From NCBI GenBank assembly GCA_027491395.1, contig JAOZFI010000004.1, positions 1 through 17,847 on the forward strand: a stretch of 17,847 bases of DNA. Reading direction: 5' to 3'. The notes below the pieces were generated by a model, which did not search any database, was not told the DNA's origin, and saw only the letters and a program-made list of their open reading frames with translations. Numbering within the stretch: the first letter of the stretch is position 1; each line of letters begins with the position of its first letter. Below are positions 1 through 7,706 of this stretch, piece after piece. The position numbers were made by a program, and so were the translations under genes. This DNA comes from Thermoproteota archaeon (lineage in GTDB: Archaea; Korarchaeota; Korarchaeia; Korarchaeales; Korarchaeaceae).

Positions 1-984
1 ATCTTCAGCAGGGAGGTGAGGCCAGCTCACAAACTCGAAGCCCTGAAGAGAGCTCTATCGGATCATGAGGGATTTGAGAAGGCAATTGTTTTCGTAGAAA
101 GGATTGGGATAGCAGAACTGCTTCACAGGAACCTCTCCAGCTTAAACCCCGTTCTCATACTGGGAAGGCGCAGGATCGATCCTGAAGAGGCTCTGAGGAG
201 GGCTAAGCAGAGGGAGAGCAGAATACTTGTGTCCACGAGCGCTGGGGAGGAGGGAATAGACCTCCCAGAGGCGGACCTTCTAGTCGTGTGGAGCAACATA
301 GCGAGCCCCCTCAGGTTCATACAGAGGCTAGGTAGGGTTCTAAGGGCTGTTACCGGGCAGAAGTGGAGGCCGAGGTGGGTGATCTACCTTGTAACCCCCG
401 ATACGGTGGATGTGGACAGCCTGCTAGACGGGCTCATGGAGGCTAGGAGGGCCGGAGTTGCCCTGAACGTTGATCCTGAGGTGGTGGAATACCTCTGGAG
501 CCTGAGCAGGAGGAGGCGCTACTTGGAGCTGCTGGAGGAACCCATGCCTCTTGATGTGCTGGCGAGGGCCTCCAGTGCTCCAGAGGAGAGGGTACGGGAG
601 GCCCTAAGGTGGCTCGGGGAGAGGGGCCTCGTTATATACATTCACACCCCCATGGGGAGGGTGTACTCCTCGAAAGGTTCCCTAGACAGGCTTCGTGAGA
701 GGTTTGGGAAATTTTTGAAGCCTGACTATGAGCTGGAGGGTAAGGCCACTGCGATTCTAGGGGAAGAGGCAATATCGGCAAGAGGACGATTGGAGAGGAT
801 ATATGAGAGGCTCCTCAGACGTCTCAATAGATGGGGAAGGTTCGACAGGTTGAGGGTGAGCGTCAGGGTTAGGGAGGGCGGAGTGGAGAGACTGGTGAAC
901 CTCACCTACTCCTTCAGGATCGAGGATCCCCAAGTGTTAATGCTAATCTTGGACAATGCTTTCTGCAGAGAAGTCTATGGGTGA
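1..984 (+). CDS. SF2 helicase of Hef/FANCM/Mph1 type, C-terminal part (5'-truncated by window), ending in a winged-helix-like and a small alpha/beta domain
   Basis: Frame is open from base 1. Motif IV (KAIVFVE), motif V (ILVSTSAGEEGIDLPEADL) and motif VI (SPLRFIQRLGRVLR) resemble Hef (ATSVAEEGLDIP...SxIRxIQRxGRTGR). The segment MPLDVLARASSAPEERVREALRWLGERGLV..GRVY is wHTH-like. Confidence 0.85.
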   Translation: MFSREVRPAHKLEALKRALSDHEGFEKAIVFVERIGIAELLHRNLSSLNPVLILGRRRIDPEEALRRAKQRESRILVSTSAGEEGIDLPEADLLVVWSNIASPLRFIQRLGRVLRAVTGQKWRPRWVIYLVTPDTVDVDSLLDGLMEARRAGVALNVDPEVVEYLWSLSRRRRYLELLEEPMPLDVLARASSAPEERVREALRWLGERGLVIYIHTPMGRVYSSKGSLDRLRERFGKFLKPDYELEGKATAILGEEAISARGRLERIYERLLRRLNRWGRFDRLRVSVRVREGGVERLVNLTYSFRIEDPQVLMLILDNAFCREVYG

Positions 985-1203
985 TTCTTACTTTAAGTCA
1001 CCGCGGATCTCATCGGGTGATGCCCTGTCGGTATTAGGTTTTAGTAAAGAATTGATGAGGTTCTGAGGACCTGCTGGCTCACCCCTCAACCTTAGAGCTA
1101 GTCTCGTTCCCTACCCCCATTAGGAAGTCCCCCACGCGCTCAGATTTCTCACAGCGCATCTGATGTATTGGATATTTCAATTCTCAAGATAGCTTAATTC
1201 TCA

Positions 1204-2295
1204 ATGAACTCGGAGGAGATCCTCGCACTCCTCAACCCATGGTGGGATGGGAAGGGGAGCCCCCGTAGTTGAGGAGTGACGCAGCAAAAGGGTTAGATGG
1301 AGACCTGGCTGGCTCGATCAGCTCAACCTCACCCTCTTCTCCCTGAATATGGTGATCGGACCTAGGCTCGTGGGAAAGACCACTAGGCCTTCACCCCCTC
1401 ATCGAGGAGCAGCCTGATAATCCTCGACGAGGTGACCGGCGTCCTTGGATGGTGGAGGCTGGTGAAGGGGTAAGTAGATGCGGGGGTCTTCAGGGGGGAT
1501 GCCCTTATAGTGACTGGTTCATCCTCCCTCAGGTTGAAGGATGGGGTGGAGCTCTTCCCAGGCAGGATGGGCGGGGGAAGGGAGATCGCGCGCGAAGCCC
1601 TCCTTCTCTCATTCAGGGAGTATCTCGCGGTCAGAGGGGTCTCGATTGAACCGTTCGAGGGACGATCCCGGATATGAGCTCGATCCTCCCGGAGGCTCCG
1701 AAGATAAGAACGATATTCTACGATTATCTGAAGACCAGGGGATTTCCCCTTCCCATCAACGAGGATCCCAGAGCTGAAGAGCAGCTCATCAGGTCGTTCG
1801 AGGGCGAGATACTGAGGGCAGGGAGGAGCCTCGACATAGCCATGGGGACCATATCACAGCTGCTCAAAGCAGCTTCCTCGCCCATATCATTTAACTCGAT
1901 CGCTTCCAGCCTTTCCATATCGCACAGGACCGTCAGGGAGTACGTCGAATCTCCTGACAGGGCTCATGATCCTTGGACAGGCCCTCTTCTTCGACGGGTC
2001 CCCCAAGTTCAGGAAGGAGAGGAAGATGTTCTTCAGGGACCCCTTCTTGGCTAGGACCATGTCCATCTGGGCCGCTTCCGGGTTCCTGGAATATGCCCTC
2101 TATGAATGGGTTGTGCAGGAGCACCTGCTCAGGAGGTTCGGCTCCGTCTACTACTGGAGGAACTCCCACGAGGTGGATGTCTTGGCGGATGGGCTCAAAA
2201 TCGAGGTAAAGGCTGGAAAACCTCACAGGAGGTATCCGAAGGGAGTGACGGTGCTGGATAGGGAGGACATACCCCTCTTCATGGCCCTCATGTGA
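1204..2295 (+). pseudogene. AAA_14/DUF4143-family ATPase, disrupted
   Basis: Manual translation: ATG 1204 MNSEEILALLNPWWDG, Walker A GPRLVGKTT (1358-1384), Walker B LIILDEV (1414-1434), IVTGSSS, ELFPGR, LSFREY, YLKTRGFP, FFRDPFL and the C-terminal YYWRNSHEVDV..IEVK. Lesions: in-frame stops TGA 1277-1279 and TAA 1471-1473, several frameshifts (about 1262, 1390-1410, 1670, 1955), and only about 30 nt between Walker A and Walker B. Confidence 0.9.
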
Positions 2296-2334
2296 GATCA
2301 CCTCATGAGATGCCAAGTCAACTTTCAAGGAAGA

Positions 2335-2445
2335 TTGGACGGCAAGTCCATCTCAGGCAGTTTGGCATCTACTGCGGCGACGTTCCAGCCCTAATTTCGC
2401 GATGTACTTCCACATCTCCCCATGTGCATTGATCCCCTCACCCCG
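2335..2445 (-). pseudogene. Possible PaREP1-like (HEPN-superfamily) gene remnant
   Basis: The minus strand reads GEGINAHGEMWKYIAKL and, after a frameshift, WNVAAVDAKLPEMDLP. This resembles the PaREP1 pattern SHxELWxYVxKL...WxxAxxLHxNFYE as recalled from memory. Confidence 0.3.
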
Positions 2446-2487
2446 GACCGGTCTCGGGAAATATCGTTCTCCACTGGGAGTCCGGAT

Positions 2488-2868
2488 TCAACCGGTGGGA
2501 AGATCCCCTCTCTCAGTTAAGCACCCAACTATCTCTCTCCTCAGAGATTCGGAGATCTCTAGTATCCTACGCGCCTCGTCTTTAGTGAAGAGGTGGGGCC
2601 TGTGATCGGCTTTCTTCCTCTCATTATAAAGGAAGAGGTAGGTCTCCTTTACTCTCTTAGCCCTCTCCTCACCACACTTCCTCTTAATCTCTCTGTAGAG
2701 GGCGTTGGCTATTTTATCGTCCTTGGTGGTCATGAGACCCCTTATCAGGTGCTCGGCGGTCAGGCGGAGGGAGAAGTAGGATGCCGACACGGCCTCGTTG
2801 TAAGAACCATGCTCCACATCCATCCTCGCCTCTTCTAGTAGGATTTCAGCCTTCAGTAACTTTGACAT
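2488..2868 (-). CDS. HEPN-domain protein (putative RNase toxin)
   Basis: All-helical pattern KAEILLEEAR..GSYNEAVSASYFSLRLTAE, RX4H motif RKKADH (2602-2619), and C-terminal FTKDEARRILEISE. ATG 2868 overlaps the upstream MNT gene. The alternative start is GTG 2877. Confidence 0.85.
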   Translation of the reverse strand: MSKLLKAEILLEEARMDVEHGSYNEAVSASYFSLRLTAEHLIRGLMTTKDDKIANALYREIKRKCGEERAKRVKETYLFLYNERKKADHRPHLFTKDEARRILEISESLRREIVGCLTERGDLPTG

Positions 2869-3145
2869 CACGGCCACCCGCTCTCAGGAACATTCTCACG
2901 GCCTCCTCGTCCTCCTCATCCACGACCAATGGATTAAGCCTCTCGTCCACGCTGACTGCGACCTCCATGACCCTCATCACATCCTCCTGATCCGCCCCCT
3001 CCAGTACCACCAGCACATTCGACTCGTAGACCCCGTCCTCCGGGTTGGGTAGGGCTATGACCCTGAGCAGCCTGTCGCCGAAGAGCTCCCTCAGCTCGGA
3101 GGCGAACCTCAGGACAGTCTTCCTCCATCCCTCTGGTACTCTCAT
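2846..3145 (-). CDS. Minimal nucleotidyltransferase (MNT)-fold antitoxin with degenerate catalytic motif
   Basis: FASELRELFGDRLLRVIAL...SNVLVVL...LNPLVV matches MNT topology, and the gene overlaps the downstream HEPN gene. The GS and DxD motifs are absent. The start is 3145 (MRVPE) or 3166. Confidence 0.75.
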   Translation of the reverse strand: MRVPEGWRKTVLRFASELRELFGDRLLRVIALPNPEDGVYESNVLVVLEGADQEDVMRVMEVAVSVDERLNPLVVDEEDEEAVRMFLRAGGRDVKVTEG

Positions 3146-3401
3146 CTCAACTATTATCGGAAGCATTTCCCGCTAGAGGAGGCTCACCATCGCTAATAAT
3201 AGTTATTCAACTGACCAACCCCATTGGAGGACCTGATCCAGTGAGGGGGCGACCATCTAGGCGAGACCAGTTAAGGCGCCTCCACCGATCTAGGCGGTGT
3301 GGAGGATATGTGGCCGCGAAGGGGTTGTGACAACGGATGCGATAGAAGCTTCACTGCCCGGAAGAACTGTTCTGAAACGTACGAATGGCGGGGATCGACC
3401 C

Positions 3402-3464
3402 GAGTTCGTAGGCTAAAACGTTCCCATTGAAGAGTGGAACGATATCTACGGGTACTCCCAACAC
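3402..3464 (-). pseudogene. Possible fragment of another MNT gene
   Basis: A minus-strand frame not in the ORF list reads VLGVPVDIVPLFNGNVLAYEL, similar to the MNT C-terminal pattern LGxPVDxVxL...LAYExL. The match is short. Confidence 0.3.
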
Positions 3465-3550
3465 GGGTCTTGATCGGAAAGGAGACGATACGGTTTTCCG
3501 CTGCAAGCATTTCTGTGTGAGAGCGTTTCATCAGAGTTCCATCAATCATC

Positions 3551-3556
3551 CTTAAG
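3551..3556 (+). promoter_or_regulatory. TATA-like box (CTTAAG) for the large surface protein
   Basis: Begins 29 nt before GTG 3580, the same spacing seen at several other genes in the window. Confidence 0.55.
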
Positions 3557-3579
3557 TCCCATTGCTGGCGCGATCCCAT

Positions 3580-6216
3580 GTGAATCGCGCGGCCTTCCAA
3601 ATCCTCATTATCCTGCTGTTACCCCTCGCTCAGCCGGTTGTGGCCTCTAACGGAATTTCAACGTCCCAGGGCGGAAACGGGGTTTCACCCAACGTGACGC
3701 TGGCCCTCGATGGGACCTCCCTCTCAATCCCCCTCGATCGACTGATCTGGGTCAGGGACCTCACGGACACCCTGAGCGGAGTTGATCTGCTGGGCAACGC
3801 CAGCTGGAGGGAGGTGTTCTCCGATCCGACGATCGAGGCGAACATCTCAGATGAGGGGATGAGGATCTCGATTGAGGGCACCGGTAGGTGCGCGCTCCTC
3901 TCGGACAGGGTCTCAGTCATTGGCGGTCGGTCTTACTTCCTCACTTGGTTGATCTCCTCATCATCGGGACTGGTGGGCGAGCCCGCAGCCCCGAACCTCA
4001 TAGTGGGGGTGAGGTGGCTCGATGCCTCGGGCTCACTCATAACCATAAGCGAGTTCAGGGTGAGGGGAAGCGCTCCTCAGGGAAGGAGGTTCACCGCGGA
4101 GGTGGTGGCTCCCCCTAGGGCGGCCTACGCCGAGGCGGGGATCGTCGTCACGAGCGTTCACGAGAGGTCCCCCGTCTCGCTATTGATCTCCGAGGGAGGG
4201 CTCATCTCCCCTCCGAGGGAAGCGGAATGGCACCCACTGAACCTCAGCAGCGTCAGCGGCTACTTCACAGCCTACCGGAATGACCTCCACTTCCAGCTCT
4301 CCGTCGAAAGGGGGGGAGTAGTGAGAATGAACCTGACCGTCACCAACTTCTCATCACATGAGAGAGCGATGGAGGTCGCCCTGGCCCTCCCTGTACCTGA
4401 ATCCTGGTCCTGGGACGACGATCCGATCTCGGATGATGACGGACCCTCCCTGGTGAACGCGCTTTATTGGGGGTACATGCCCGTCTCCCTCTACCCCCTG
4501 GCGGTCTCGAGTGACGGCTCGGATGGGCTTGCCTTGTCGGTTCCCCTCGACTGGCCGGTGGTCTTCCAGCATTTCCGCGATCACAGGGGGTTCGGGACAT
4601 CCTTTAAGCTGGGATTGACGGGGGTTGGTACCTCTCACTCCGTAGCGAGCGTCTGCGTTGAGATGTTCAAAGCAACCAGCTTCAGGGAGGCGGTCGGCAG
4701 GTACTACTCCCTCCACCCCAAGTGGTTCATCCCTAAGGTTAATGTGACGAGGAGGATGGCGAACTGGCCCTATTCACGCTACGGGATTTGGTTCTCCCAG
4801 GTGAGCGTGCTGACGCCCGGAGAAGCAGATATAGCCGCCAACCTGAGGGACAGGGGAGTTCACATAGCTCAGTACGTGCTTCCATGGGAATTCGAACCTT
4901 CAGCGAACAGGAGCATCGACGATCCAGCTCCCTCCTACTGGGAGTTCATTGGGGCGGTGAGAAACCTCTCCAGAGTTAACACCACCAATCAGGGGTACAA
5001 GGCGAGGATGGTACTGCAGGTCGGTGCTAGGGACGAGAACAAGATGCTGCAGGTGGCTAGAGTACTGAGAGGACCCAAGTGGAGGCCAAGGGATTGGATG
5101 GCGGGCATGCCGGTGAACCCAGATCCGGACCTGCCCGGGTATAACGCTTGGAACTATACAATGGACGTGGTGGGAAGGGCCCTGCGCCTGCTCAGGGAGA
5201 GGAATTCCTCCTTGGATGGTGTGGAGCTGGACAACTTCATGGAACGCTCTAGGGGTGTCGATCTGAGGACGGAAGGATTACGATACCTCAGCTTCCCCCT
5301 TACATATGACACCAACACCTTCAAGCCAGCAATTCACCTCTCATCGGCTGCGGTTGAGTACCTGCAGAGGCTCAGGGAGTGGGTGTCTAGAGAGATAGGG
5401 GGCACGCTCACGGGGAACTTCGTCTCGGAGGGGATGGCCAGCTTCGGGGCCATCTACCTTGACGCCCTCCCCTTCGAATGCTCACCTACGGGCTTCAACT
5501 GGGGGGAGGGGAACCTGAGCTACAGGCGTTTCTCGGCTGGGCGTAAGCCGGTTATAGCGGTGCTCTCCTCCGACCTTGATCCCCGAGATCAGGAAGACTT
5601 GGAGCTCCTTAACGAGTTCATAAACCTCTCGGTCTTCTATGGTTTCCCGCCCACCGCCAAGTGGGATGTCGTTGGCGGGAAGAGCTTCGATGAGGTGCTG
5701 GGCCAGAAGCTGGAGAGAACCGCTGACGTGATTTACGAGTTGCTCGAGGCCGGATGGCGACCCATCACCGGGGTGAAGGTGGAAGGAGGGGTTAGGGTGG
5801 AGAGGTTCGGCTCCGAGACCGTTTACCTGACGGTATTCAATCCCTCAGAATCCCGGGCTGCGGCCAACTTGACCCTCCCTAGGGAGTGGAACGTGAGCTC
5901 GATTGAGGTGATCTGGGGGATCTGCGACGCAGAGCTGAGTGGGGGTGTGAAGCTGAACCTGAGCCTGCCTCCCGAGGGGGTAGCGGTACTCAAGCTAGTA
6001 AGGGAGAGCCCAGAAACTGCTTCCACACCCGCCTTTACCGAGCCAAGCACTCACACTCAGGGCGGATCCGAAATCATAACGCCGCGCGCCGGAACGGAAA
6101 CACCCATCAAACTTCCTGAACGCGAAACTCCCAGATGGATTGCGGTCATACCAATTCTCGCAGCGATTCTGGTGCTTCTCCTAGCCCTGAGGAGGCGGGA
6201 GAGCAGAAGGCGATAG
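3580..6216 (+). CDS. Secreted, C-terminally membrane-anchored glycoprotein; putative glycoside hydrolase with an N-terminal CBM-like beta-sandwich
   Basis: Signal peptide (NRAAFQILIILLLPLAQPVVA) and a CBM4/9-like segment (VSVIGGRSYFLTW...VRWLDASG...VVAPPRAAYA). A (beta/alpha)-type core carries DGVELDN (5215-5235) and YLDALPFE. A beta-rich C-domain (VERFG..YLTVFN) is followed by a Pro/Thr linker, a TM helix and an RRRESRRR tail. About 17 N-X-S/T sequons. The ORF track starts at TTG 3562, but GTG 3580 fits the promoter spacing. Confidence 0.75.
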   Translation: MNRAAFQILIILLLPLAQPVVASNGISTSQGGNGVSPNVTLALDGTSLSIPLDRLIWVRDLTDTLSGVDLLGNASWREVFSDPTIEANISDEGMRISIEGTGRCALLSDRVSVIGGRSYFLTWLISSSSGLVGEPAAPNLIVGVRWLDASGSLITISEFRVRGSAPQGRRFTAEVVAPPRAAYAEAGIVVTSVHERSPVSLLISEGGLISPPREAEWHPLNLSSVSGYFTAYRNDLHFQLSVERGGVVRMNLTVTNFSSHERAMEVALALPVPESWSWDDDPISDDDGPSLVNALYWGYMPVSLYPLAVSSDGSDGLALSVPLDWPVVFQHFRDHRGFGTSFKLGLTGVGTSHSVASVCVEMFKATSFREAVGRYYSLHPKWFIPKVNVTRRMANWPYSRYGIWFSQVSVLTPGEADIAANLRDRGVHIAQYVLPWEFEPSANRSIDDPAPSYWEFIGAVRNLSRVNTTNQGYKARMVLQVGARDENKMLQVARVLRGPKWRPRDWMAGMPVNPDPDLPGYNAWNYTMDVVGRALRLLRERNSSLDGVELDNFMERSRGVDLRTEGLRYLSFPLTYDTNTFKPAIHLSSAAVEYLQRLREWVSREIGGTLTGNFVSEGMASFGAIYLDALPFECSPTGFNWGEGNLSYRRFSAGRKPVIAVLSSDLDPRDQEDLELLNEFINLSVFYGFPPTAKWDVVGGKSFDEVLGQKLERTADVIYELLEAGWRPITGVKVEGGVRVERFGSETVYLTVFNPSESRAAANLTLPREWNVSSIEVIWGICDAELSGGVKLNLSLPPEGVAVLKLVRESPETASTPAFTEPSTHTQGGSEIITPRAGTETPIKLPERETPRWIAVIPILAAILVLLLALRRRESRRR

Positions 6217-6269
6217 AAAGGTGATAAAGATACCCATATCATTATAACCTATTGTCGGTCCCAAGATCG

Positions 6270-6779
6270 GTGTATGAGATGATGGTCGCCATACCTACCG
6301 ACGATCCCAACGGCCTCGATGCCTCGGTGAGCGTTAACTTCGCCAGGGCCCCCTTCATCACCGTGGTGGACACGGATTCGCTCTCCGCCAGGTCGTATCC
6401 AAACCAGTACGCCCAAGGAGGTGGAGGCATCGGGCCGGCGGTGGCCCAGTGGATCGCCAGCTTGGGCGTGAATGCGGTGATCGCCCCCTCAGTTGGACCC
6501 AACGCCCTCGGCGCACTGACCTCGGCTGGAATCTACGTATATTCCTGTCCCCCCGGTTTGAGGGTTAGGGATGTGATCGAGATGCTGCGCGCGGGACAGC
6601 TCGCACCTGTTGGTCAGCCAGCGGTCGGGTACGGTCCGGGTGGCATGGGGATGGGGCCTGGCGGGGGCATGGGGATGGGTAGAGGCTGGGGAGGAGGTAG
6701 AGGTGGAGGCGGATGGGGTAGGAGAAGGAGAGGGAGGAAGGGAAGAGGAGGTTGGGGAGGCGGATGGGGAGGGTGGTGA
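6270..6779 (+). CDS. NifB/NifX-family (COG1433, MTH1175-like) protein with Gly/Arg/Trp-rich C-terminal tail
   Basis: VAIPTDD..GLDASVS.NFARAPFITVVD...GGGIG..VAQ..ASLGVNAVIA..VGPNA..AL..AGI.VY is the COG1433 pattern. The start is GTG 6270 (29 nt after ATTATA 6241) or ATG 6279/6282. Confidence 0.85.
   Translation: MYEMMVAIPTDDPNGLDASVSVNFARAPFITVVDTDSLSARSYPNQYAQGGGGIGPAVAQWIASLGVNAVIAPSVGPNALGALTSAGIYVYSCPPGLRVRDVIEMLRAGQLAPVGQPAVGYGPGGMGMGPGGGMGMGRGWGGGRGGGGWGRRRRGRKGRGGWGGGWGGW
6638..6776 (+). repeat. G-rich low-complexity tract with two 14-bp direct repeat pairs
   Basis: GGCATGGGGATGGG at 6642-6655 and 6666-6679; GGAGGCGGATGGGG at 6705-6718 and 6756-6769. The tract encodes the Gly-rich tail. 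Confidence 0.8.
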
Positions 6780-7157
6780 GCCGCTCACTTTGATCCCCCA
6801 AGCGGAAGCGCTCAGTATCTGTGGTGCAGCAATCCCAGATCGCTCGGATCGTCCAATCAGCCTCTAATGGTCCTATGCTCCTCTCCCCCTTCTCCCGATC
6901 CCGCATCGTCGCTAGACTCTCTGAGGGACTAGCAACCTTAACGATAGCATGGATGGGACGCGGGACCTCAAGTGACTGAATATTAGGAAGAAAGCCATTA
7001 ACTGGAAGGTCTGAACACGCTGTCCGAGATCTATTAGGTAATCCCCACATTCATAACTTAGCCTAACTCCCTTCCTACTGCACCGTTTGATGTATTAGGA
7101 GGTGACGGCGGAGGTTGGAATCCTTATCCTTATACCTCTCCACCTCAGAACACCTCG

Positions 7158-7706
7158 ATGCGTATGAGAGCATCTCTCCTCTGGAAGTACAGGTTGGCTG
7201 GGGAGATCAAATTACTCCACTCCTCAGATGACTGCGTTCTGCTTTTGAGCAATGGGGAGCTCCGGTGCCTCTCACTTGGATCTGGATCTGTCAAGTGGAG
7301 CCTGAAGGGAGTGAGTGATGCCTCCATCCTCGGGGACAGGCTCCTGACATTATCGGACGGCCTTACCTGCCTGAGCATCGAGGAAGGGAGGGAGATCTGT
7401 TCCTTGGAGGGGATAGAACGCTTCGATGTGGACGAGGGTGGTGGGAGAATATGCGCCTCCTCCGGTCGAACGGTAACATGCCTGAACCCCGACGGGACGG
7501 TCAGGTGGAGCTACGAGATGCCATCCCGAGTGAAGGCTATAGCGGTCAGTGAGAAGCACGCGTACTTGGCGTGCGAGGACGGCTTCCTCTACTGCCTCAG
7601 GGAGCAGGAGGGCTCGCTTGAATCCGGATCCGTATTCAGGTTCGCCCCACCGCGGGAAGAGACCACAGCTTTCGAGGGCGGCTGGGTGCCCTCGGAACTC
7701 ATCTAG
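7158..7706 (+). CDS. PQQ-like/BamB-type beta-propeller repeat protein (short, no signal peptide)
   Basis: Blade-like repeats LRCLSLGSGSVKWSL, LTCLSIEEGREICSL, VTCLNPDGTVRWSYE and DGFLYCL. CTTATA at 7129 lies 29 nt upstream. Confidence 0.7.
   Translation: MRMRASLLWKYRLAGEIKLLHSSDDCVLLLSNGELRCLSLGSGSVKWSLKGVSDASILGDRLLTLSDGLTCLSIEEGREICSLEGIERFDVDEGGGRICASSGRTVTCLNPDGTVRWSYEMPSRVKAIAVSEKHAYLACEDGFLYCLREQEGSLESGSVFRFAPPREETTAFEGGWVPSELI

Noticed and set aside
1016-1070. TGATGA and CTGA suggesting a C/D box sRNA
   Set aside because: Only 4 nt separate the boxes, whereas guides need about 10-12 nt, and there is no second box pair.
1118-1140. AGGAAGTCCCCCAC resembling the RNase P RNA 5' conserved element
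   Set aside because: The flanks are not GC-rich or structured, no matching 3' P4 element was seen, and the space before the ATPase relic is too short.
1449-2328. Short overlapping ORFs (1449, 1541, 1724, 1933, 1973)
   Set aside because: They are alternative-frame or antisense shadows of the AAA ATPase pseudogene.
3490-3540. Minus-strand CTGATGA...GAAA resembling a hammerhead ribozyme core, or C/D boxes
   Set aside because: No stem II closes directly between CTGATGA and either GAAA, and I found no stems I/III. The C/D reading needs overlapping boxes and a non-consensus D box.
3271-3600. 109-aa minus-strand ORF
   Set aside because: Atypical codon use, no recognisable motif, and it overlaps the promoter and start of the large gene.
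6120-6216. Archaeosortase sorting signal on the large surface protein
   Set aside because: The TM plus Arg-cluster layout fits, but no PGF, PEF or PIP motif precedes the helix.
6270-6779. Nitrogen fixation inferred from the NifX-like gene
   Set aside because: COG1433 proteins are widespread in non-diazotrophs and no nif genes are present in the window.
6489-7050. Pro/Ser-rich or acidic ORFs (6489-6788, 6565-7050, 6610-6867)
   Set aside because: They are by-products of the G-rich repeat, which is poor in stop codons.
7020-7075. Minus-strand GVRLSYECGDYLID resembling the ERCC4 GDY motif
   Set aside because: No downstream ERK motif, and the match is too short to exceed chance.
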